NCBI GenBank assembly: GCA_021825585.1
Contig: JAKAGT010000009.1
Span: 90,915-154,914, forward strand
Length of the DNA: 64,000 nucleotides
Direction: 5' to 3'
DNA from: Bacteroidota bacterium
GTDB taxonomy: Bacteria > Bacteroidota > Ignavibacteria > Kryptoniales > JAKASW01
Part shown: one piece after another, positions 26,234 through 32,458 of the stretch
How positions within the stretch are numbered: position 1 is the stretch's first letter
Layout: each line of letters opens with the position of its first letter
Made by a program: the position numbers and the translations under genes
Notes under the pieces: generated by a model
Databases searched by the model: none
What the model was told of the DNA's origin: nothing
What the model saw: only the letters and a program-made list of their open reading frames with translations

Positions 26234-27195
26234 ATCAGATCCGTGGCAATATGCTTCTTGTACTTCTGCAGAGCTTCCAGACAAACTGCGGTGGTTATTT
26301 CCTCGGAACCGTCACCTCCAAAGGGATACAGTATTTCCATGGGCCAACATCCTCTGTCTCTGTCGCAACGGTCCATCAAATATTCTATCCCTCTTTCGAC
26401 ACATGTGCCGAATGCGGCACAGTCCATTAATGCTACAAGTGCAAATGCTGTCTCCAGGGTATTCCCCCACCCTCCGTTTTCATCCTGGACAAATCTTAAG
26501 TAGCGAACAATTGAGCCTCGTGCCTCTTGAAGCTCATCCGCTCTATCGACGGCGAATGCCCTGGAAACAAAACACGAAAATATTTGAGGTGAAAAGTACC
26601 ATCTTTGCGAGTTCTGCGTTTGAAGATCGTGAGACTCTCTGTTCAACCAATCGATCACTTCTTTTGTCAGAAAAGATTTATGCATCAAACTAAACAGCCA
26701 AAGGATATTGGCATTGACGGCCGCGTCGAAATCATTCTCCGAGATTGGTGAACCACCAACCCAGGTGCGGAATAGTTTTGTCACTTCATCCCTCTGGCCA
26801 AGTAGCTTTTCAGGGACCGCGAGATCGTTCATGACCCCTAGCTCATAAAGCACGGAAAGACAACACGACGTTGTATCCAGATCCAATGGCAGCTCTGAAC
26901 CGATTCCAAAGTACCTCCAATAGCTCTCTTCTTTGTTCTGAATAATAAACTCGATCGCTTTCTGCTTTATGCCGTTCAACCTGTTGGAATCGTCCAAGAA
27001 GGAAATTGAGTGGAGGACAAGAGCAGTTGGAAAAACTGTGCTACGGTAAGTTTTCATTAATTGGGAATTACTGACGAAAGAATAGTTTGCAATTTCCCCC
27101 CATGGCAGTTGATTGTCATAGATGAAATCTATCCCCTGATCAATCAATGCTTGGACGGTCTCAATCGATGCGCAACGATCACTGTTCCCAAACAC
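26230..27195 (-). CDS. Prenyltransferase / squalene-hopene-cyclase-repeat (alpha/alpha-toroid) protein
   Basis: QW-like repeat FVQDENGGWGNTLETAFALVALMD. LPLDLDTTSCCLSVL resembles the class II cyclase DxDDTA region, here as DxDT. GTG start 27195 is preceded by AGGAGA. Confidence 0.7.
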   Translation of the reverse strand: MFGNSDRCASIETVQALIDQGIDFIYDNQLPWGEIANYSFVSNSQLMKTYRSTVFPTALVLHSISFLDDSNRLNGIKQKAIEFIIQNKEESYWRYFGIGSELPLDLDTTSCCLSVLYELGVMNDLAVPEKLLGQRDEVTKLFRTWVGGSPISENDFDAAVNANILWLFSLMHKSFLTKEVIDWLNRESHDLQTQNSQRWYFSPQIFSCFVSRAFAVDRADELQEARGSIVRYLRFVQDENGGWGNTLETAFALVALMDCAAFGTCVERGIEYLMDRCDRDRGCWPMEILYPFGGDGSEEITTAVCLEALQKYKKHIATDLI

Positions 27196-27337
27196 CTATG
27201 ATCTCCTGTCTCTCGCTTGTTCAACCCGTTCAGAGGAAAACGGGATAATCCCTTTTGATCACCGCCAATGACACGAGATTATAGCGCGGAAAGGAGCGAA
27301 TCAACAGGTATTTGTACGTAACCTTTGCGTGGCTACT

Positions 27338-27973
27338 TCAAGCCGTGAAAGTGTCACGAAAATAAATCGCAAATCTTATCAGTTCAGACAGCCCGCTCAA
27401 GTGCGTTTTTTCTATTATGTTTGTTCGATGACAGTCAACCGTTCTCTTGCTGATATAAAGTCGCAAACCTATTTCTTTACTTGAGTATCCTAAGCCAATA
27501 AGTCCAAGGATTTCCTTTTCTCTAGCTGACAAAGTCTGAATTTTATCATTCCATGGCCTATTCTTACCCGTTTCATCAGTCTTAGATTCATCGCATCGTT
27601 GGTTGCAGAGTGCCCATATCGGTCTCGGTATTGATTCTGGTCGCCCGCTAATCCGAAGTCCTCTTCTACAGAGAACAGTTACCCGTTTGTCGTCAACTTC
27701 AGGACAGCCTCCATAAAGACACAATTCAGATAAGACTAAGAGCTGAGCGAAATCGTATGGGAGGATCCTATTGATGGTGTTCACGATACTCTGATAATTC
27801 CGGTCGTATGATAAATTCAGGAAAACAACTTCATTCCGGTCTTTGTTAAGGTCGCTGACAGAGCGTAGAACTTTTATTACACGATATCCGTTTGCCACCA
27901 AGTATCCCCTTATTGCCTCCGCAACTATTTCATTCTCATCGATAAGAATTATGCTTATGTTTTTCCTCGACAC
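27338..27973 (-). CDS. LuxR/FixJ-type transcription regulator with atypical receiver-like N-domain
   Basis: C-terminal HTH LSAREKEILGLIGLGYSSKEIGLRLYISKRTVDCHRTNIIEKTHL. The N-terminal ISIILIDENEIVAEAIRGYL is receiver-like. The expected phospho-Asp position after beta-3 reads VVFLNLS. Confidence 0.8.
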   Translation of the reverse strand: MSRKNISIILIDENEIVAEAIRGYLVANGYRVIKVLRSVSDLNKDRNEVVFLNLSYDRNYQSIVNTINRILPYDFAQLLVLSELCLYGGCPEVDDKRVTVLCRRGLRISGRPESIPRPIWALCNQRCDESKTDETGKNRPWNDKIQTLSAREKEILGLIGLGYSSKEIGLRLYISKRTVDCHRTNIIEKTHLSGLSELIRFAIYFRDTFTA

Positions 27974-28055
27974 TATCCCGCCTCACACCATTCCAAACGA
28001 AGGTGATGGCTCTTTCGTCGCATACGTAATTGTGGCATCCTTTTGATCATCACCT

Positions 28056-28691
28056 TTACCCAGTGCAAAAGGTCTTGAGTTCACAACTCGCAAACCGGTA
28101 AATGTATATCTTTGCAATTGTGGGAGCACTATGCAGCCCGGTCACAAGGAAAAGAGTCGGTCCCATGGCACCACGAGAAAATGTGGAGGGGTTCGGAAAC
28201 ATGGTTCGCCCGCAGCAATTCTTGTTTCTGGATTTTTGGCCCACCATGTTGCACAAGGAGGGAACAAAGAGAGAGATAACAGAGCACGACGCCGCGACCT
28301 GCAGTGGAGGGCCTCTCCTCATCACTGTGTCATTCGTGCTGACGTTTGTTGCCAGGAACCCATACCCCGTCACTTCGTCAACATTGTGAAGGCCAATGAG
28401 ACCATTCCCATCTACGACACCCCCTGAAGGATCCGGGTTCAACTTAGGAGGATGACGGAGTGCAGGAAGCAAGATATCTCTCCATACTTCTCCGTTAGGG
28501 GGTAAAGGATTAGGAGTCCATGTTGGGGATAGGATAATAATCACCTTGGCTAGGCTCCGGCACGGAAGTGCCTCAGCTTGAGAAAATTCCCCACAAACGG
28601 TTAAGCCCAATATTAGAAACAACAGAACATGAGAGAAGACGCCTCGTTTTCCCAGTCCAATTTCCCTTTCGATCAGCATCTCTTTGTGCAC
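28056..28691 (-). CDS. Hypothetical protein with N-terminal hydrophobic segment (weak call)
   Basis: 211-aa ORF with the signal-like stretch VFSHVLLFLILGLTVCGEFSQAEA. No recognisable motif, and it may be non-coding. Confidence 0.3.
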   Translation of the reverse strand: MHKEMLIEREIGLGKRGVFSHVLLFLILGLTVCGEFSQAEALPCRSLAKVIIILSPTWTPNPLPPNGEVWRDILLPALRHPPKLNPDPSGGVVDGNGLIGLHNVDEVTGYGFLATNVSTNDTVMRRGPPLQVAASCSVISLFVPSLCNMVGQKSRNKNCCGRTMFPNPSTFSRGAMGPTLFLVTGLHSAPTIAKIYIYRFASCELKTFCTG

Positions 28692-28941
28692 CGCTCTTCG
28701 TGTTTGACAAGGTCGACCACATAATCAGGGAACATGCACCCCTGTGCCCCGACTTTCCGCACCATGATACGGCTACGTTTGTTTTGTTGTTTGCATCCGG
28801 ATCGTACTGTGCCACAGTATACAATCGGACTTTTAAAATGTCAACGTTTTTTACGGTTTCCGGTTTCTTACTGTCTGAATGGCACTGTCACTAATGGTGA
28901 GCAAGTTTTGCGCCCAAACACAATCCTTCGAATTGAGATAG

Positions 28942-29013
28942 AAAGCGAGCTTTAGAAACCAATTTTCCAGAAAGTTGGAAAATGCTCGCTTTTACTTTCC
29001 AGTTTTCTGGAAA
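28942..29013. repeat. Compound palindrome / nested inverted repeats upstream of integrase remnant
   Basis: Outer arms AAAGCGAGC(28942-28950)/GCTCGCTTT(28984-28992) enclose ATTTTCCA(28962-28969)/TGGAAAAT(28976-28983). Next comes a second IR, TTTCCAG(28996-29002)/CTGGAAA(29007-29013). All share a TTCCA/TGGAA core. Confidence 0.5.
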
Positions 29014-29364
29014 ATCCGGCGATCAGGCTGTGGAAGTGAGTTACGCACCAAGCGAAGGGATATGCCCGCAAGACCATCTACTGCAACAGCTGATTAATCC
29101 CAAAAATTGAGCGAGAAACTCCGATGATGCCGGTTATCGCTCCCTTCTTACCGGCAGGAATCACAAGGGATCCAGCATTTCCTTTAAGACATGAGAAGAC
29201 CGCCGGATCCCTTTTGACCATTTCACGAAGGGGCAAATCCTTCTAATAGATAATCGTCAAATTGGTCAAATAAAACTGTTGATTCCCGGTTTTCAATTTA
29301 TGCTTTTATGGAAGTAACTTGATTTTCCCTAACTGAATTTAAATTCCAACTAATTGGGAGAAAA

Positions 29365-29955
29365 ATGGTTACCAGCGATTGGAAGCTTCTCGACTCGTAT
29401 CTGCAGCATTGCGGTTACGAGAGACACCTTGGTGCCTTAAGCCTTAAAGCCTACGGGATTGATCTCAGGCAATTCCTCCTCTTCATAAGCGGAAGATCGG
29501 ATTTCCATCAGGTTGACAAAGAGACACTCAAGGCTTACTTGAAACACCTGTTCGGCGTTCCACTCAGAGAGTCAAGCGTAAAAAGGAAGATTACCTGCCT
29601 CAAGGGTTTCTTCGCATTCCTCGAAGCTGAGCAAGTCATTGAGGAAAGTCCCTTCCACAAAATGAAATTCTCGATCAAGATCCCGAGGAGATTGCCTGAA
29701 GTCATGAACATAAGGGATGTGACAGAGCTTATCACCCTTGCGAAGCAGAACCTTGAAAAGAGGAAATCTACGACTCGCGAAAAGATTGATCTATCATCCT
29801 GCGTTGAACACGGAGATCTTGTGGCTTTTCAGGATCTCATCATTATTGAGCTTCTTTTTGCAACCGGCATGAGGGTGAAAGAACTATCAAGCCTCAATGT
29901 GGGCGACATAGACCTCGTCAGAAGATTAAACGATATAGGCTCCTGCACGGGATGA
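29365..29955 (+). pseudogene. Tyrosine recombinase (XerC/D-like integrase), 3'-truncated
   Basis: N-terminal SAM-like core-binding domain (LSLKAYGIDLRQFLLFI..., VKRKITCLKGFFAFLEAEQVI). The catalytic domain begins (ELLFATGMRVKELSSLNVGDIDL, containing the first catalytic Arg) and then ends after about 20 more codons. The H-R-Y part is missing. Confidence 0.7.
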
Positions 29956-30083
29956 CGCGAAAGCATCTGGCGATCCAACTAGGAGTAGACGAAACAACAC
30001 TTCATCGATTGGAGGCTGGAACAGGGAAACATTCTGCAGGGACCTTGAAAAAGATATCTGACCTTATCGAGTCATCCACATGA
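29952..30083 (+). pseudogene. XRE-family HTH fragment abutting the integrase remnant
   Basis: (KIKRYRLLHG)MTRKHLAIQLGVDETTLHRLEAGTGKHSAGTLKKISDLIESST is a Cro/C1-type HTH. The reading frame is open back into the integrase ORF in a different frame, so this is a fusion junction. Confidence 0.5.
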
Positions 30084-30179
30084 TTTGTGAACGGCCAATT
30101 GGGACGCTGTCTTCGTCTTCATCACGTTTTGGGGTGATCCTGTGTGCCCGGAAAGACACAAAGGGAAATAGGTTAATGA

Positions 30180-30208
30180 GAGGCCCGATTTCTCAGAAAT
30201 CGGGCCTC
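30180..30208. terminator. Perfect 13-bp stem-loop
   Basis: GAGGCCCGATTTC-tca-GAAATCGGGCCTC. No U-tract on either strand. It may be the original terminator of the 32459 gene, displaced by the intron, and/or the terminator of the plus-strand remnants. Confidence 0.4.
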
Positions 30209-30390
30209 AAATATTTCCTTCTCGATGAAAGTTGCGTTGTGGGATCACTGTAGAGTAGGACAATAGTGCAGTGATGTACAGACTCTGTGAGCCCTTGCTG
30301 TTTCTCTCCTTTCGGGTAAGTGTCCCGCTCAAGTGAGCGCCCTGCGCCATGCCGCATACCATTATCAATAATTGAGCGGCACAAGTCATC

Positions 30391-32458
30391 ATCCTGTTAG
30401 CCTATTGAACCCTCGTCAATCCCGACTCCTGCCGGCAGGAGTCGGGAGAGGTTTTCCCTCATACGGCTTTCCTGATACACATCATATGCTGGCGAAAGCC
30501 GACATGTCCGATAGTCAGAGTATAAACCGAGAGTGCCATAGATATAATCCGAGGAGATTCTTCCTCCCCAGCCATATCCACGTCTCCCACGATGCCTTTG
30601 GATCACCCGTCTCACACGCTTGTTCACAAAGTTCCGGACATCTTTCAGTGTGTCACTACTGTGCCCAAGTCGGAAGTATCCAACCCAACCACGGAGAAAC
30701 CGATTGACATCCTGCACTTGGTCTTTCACTCGCTTTGCTCTCGCGTGGTGTACCAATTGACGGATTCTCTCCCGGCACCGTTGCTGACTTTTCGGACTCG
30801 GCGACACAAGTATCAACCGCGTCCCTGTTTTCCTGCTCCTCACATTCGAGAACCGGAAGCCAAGAAACTCCACGTTTGCTCCCTCTTCCAAACGAAGCCT
30901 CCGTGTCTTCTCTTTGTTCAGCGTCAGCCCTAAGCGTTCGAGGTAGTGTTCAAGTAGGGCTATCCCTGTATCCAGTTCTCTTTGTGCAAGTAGTATCATA
31001 TCGTCCGCGTAGCGTACCAAGTGGATTGACCCTTTGCTTATCGCTCCGAGTCCGCTCCGCTTGAATATCTGGTCGATAGGATTCAGGTATATGTTTGCCA
31101 ATAATGGACTTATTACTCCTCCCTGTGGTGTCCCTCGCTTGCTCTGCTTGTGCTGTCCATCTTCGATATATCCAGAGCTCAGCCAGAGCTTGATTACGTG
31201 GAGTATCTGCTTATCCACTATTCTCCGCGCTATCAGCTTCATCAGCTTATGGTGTTCGACCGTGTCAAAGTACTTCTCAAGGTCTACATCATAAACTTCA
31301 GCACATCCCCAGTTCAGGTACTTGCCCGTCTCTGACGAGGTCTCGCCTAAAGGCGGATATATTTCCCGTACCGCATCGTGCGCACCCTCGTTCGGTCTGA
31401 ACCCGTGACTACTTTCGGCAAAGTCTGCCTCAAATATAGGTTCGAGTATTAACAAGAATGTAGTCTGCACTATGCGATCCCGAACAATAGGAATCCCCAA
31501 TGGTCGTTTCTTGCCATTGGCTTTCGGGATATATACTCGCCTTACTGGCTGCGGTTTGTACCGCCGTTGCTTCATCTCAAGCTGGAGTCCGGCAAGATAT
31601 TCCTCAAGACCTCGTTCCTCTATCATCGCGCAGGTCTCTCCGTCTATCCCGCTCGTTCCACCGTTGGCTTTCACCTTGTCGTAGACTCCGTCTGAGTCTA
31701 CGGACTCTGACGAGCGGTAGGCTTCTGCCAGCACATCCGTGCGATATGTTTTGTCGTACAGACTGTAGAATCTGAACTTCGGCTCTGCTTTCGCCTTCTC
31801 ATACAGCTTCCTCTGTAACTCCTGGAGATTTCCGGTACTTGTTAGCTCTCGCAATGTACTCTCCTTCTGCGCCATAGGCGCATCAGCTTCTGGCTGAGTT
31901 CCTTTGGTTGCTGTGTATCAGTAGAGACCCTTCCCTCCGCTCTGCTTTCACAGAACATCCTAAGTACTACGGTCTCATCCGCCATTGCCGCTCCAACATT
32001 ATATCTGTTATATGATGCGGCATGCCGTGAACGGCACCTGCCGGCTTCCTCCGCTTTCGTTTCCTTATACGGAAGCTCTTCTCTCACCTTCTCGGTGGGG
32101 CCGGCGAGGACTTCCCGAGTTCCCTTCCTCACTTTCTGACCATGTCGCCGCTCACACCCCGGAGACGCCGTGTACCGCTCATCCTCTGTACTTGGAACAC
32201 AGTTCTGACTTCGCCTATAAAATAGAGGCTCGTCCATCTCTGTCATCTTTACGAGGCTACCTTCGCGTTCACTCACGTTGCAACCTGGTCATTCGCGTTG
32301 CGTCCTTTCAGACTACGTTGTCGAGTCGCTTAGTATGAGTCCGTTTCCAAACTCATACCGACCCCTCGCTATGGCGCCAAAGGCGCCATCCGGAACCTTG
32401 CAGGGAGATCGCCTCTCCCTCCTCATCCAGATAGTTAAGGAACAGTTTAGCTCGGCAC
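30391..32458 (-). mobile_element. Group II intron (ribozyme + IEP); boundaries approximate
   Basis: On the minus strand, GTGCCGAGC begins at 32458, immediately after the TGA (32461-32459) of the upstream gene. About 583 nt of structured, ORF-poor sequence precedes the RT ORF. The candidate 3' end ...GGCTAACAGGAT (AY terminus) is at about 30391, with a 10-11-bp hairpin CCCGACTCCTG/CAGGAGTCGGG just upstream. Total length is about 2.07 kb. Confidence 0.7.
30397..31875 (-). CDS. Group II intron reverse transcriptase/maturase (no endonuclease domain)
   Basis: RT motifs RVYIPKANGKKRPLGIPIVRDRIVQ, DLEKYFDTVEH, GTPQGGVISPLLANIYL, VRYADDMILL, LTLNKEKT and FLGFRF. Domain X is RFLRGWVGYFRLGHS. There is no HNH/En region. 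Confidence 0.9.
   Translation of the reverse strand: MAQKESTLRELTSTGNLQELQRKLYEKAKAEPKFRFYSLYDKTYRTDVLAEAYRSSESVDSDGVYDKVKANGGTSGIDGETCAMIEERGLEEYLAGLQLEMKQRRYKPQPVRRVYIPKANGKKRPLGIPIVRDRIVQTTFLLILEPIFEADFAESSHGFRPNEGAHDAVREIYPPLGETSSETGKYLNWGCAEVYDVDLEKYFDTVEHHKLMKLIARRIVDKQILHVIKLWLSSGYIEDGQHKQSKRGTPQGGVISPLLANIYLNPIDQIFKRSGLGAISKGSIHLVRYADDMILLAQRELDTGIALLEHYLERLGLTLNKEKTRRLRLEEGANVEFLGFRFSNVRSRKTGTRLILVSPSPKSQQRCRERIRQLVHHARAKRVKDQVQDVNRFLRGWVGYFRLGHSSDTLKDVRNFVNKRVRRVIQRHRGRRGYGWGGRISSDYIYGTLGLYSDYRTCRLSPAYDVYQESRMRENLSRLLPAGVGIDEGSIG

Noticed and set aside
26230-27195. Interpreting the alpha/alpha-repeat protein as a LanC-type lanthionine cyclase (the core has 8 Ser/Thr and 13 Cys)
   Set aside because: I could not find the LanC GxxHG, WCxG or CHG zinc-ligand motifs, and no dehydratase (LanB/LanM/LanKC/LanL) is present in the cluster. 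QW-like and DxD(T) motifs fit cyclase/prenyltransferase repeats better.
30300-30390. Second GTGCCGC... string downstream of the intron ORF as the 5' end of a nested or tandem intron
   Set aside because: Only 6 nt match the first intron's 5' end. There is no further similarity and no second RT ORF.
31842-32276. 144-aa ORF upstream of the intron RT
   Set aside because: It lies within the ribozyme domains I-III of the group II intron, has an Arg/Glu-rich low-complexity sequence, and overlaps the RT start. It is most likely non-coding.
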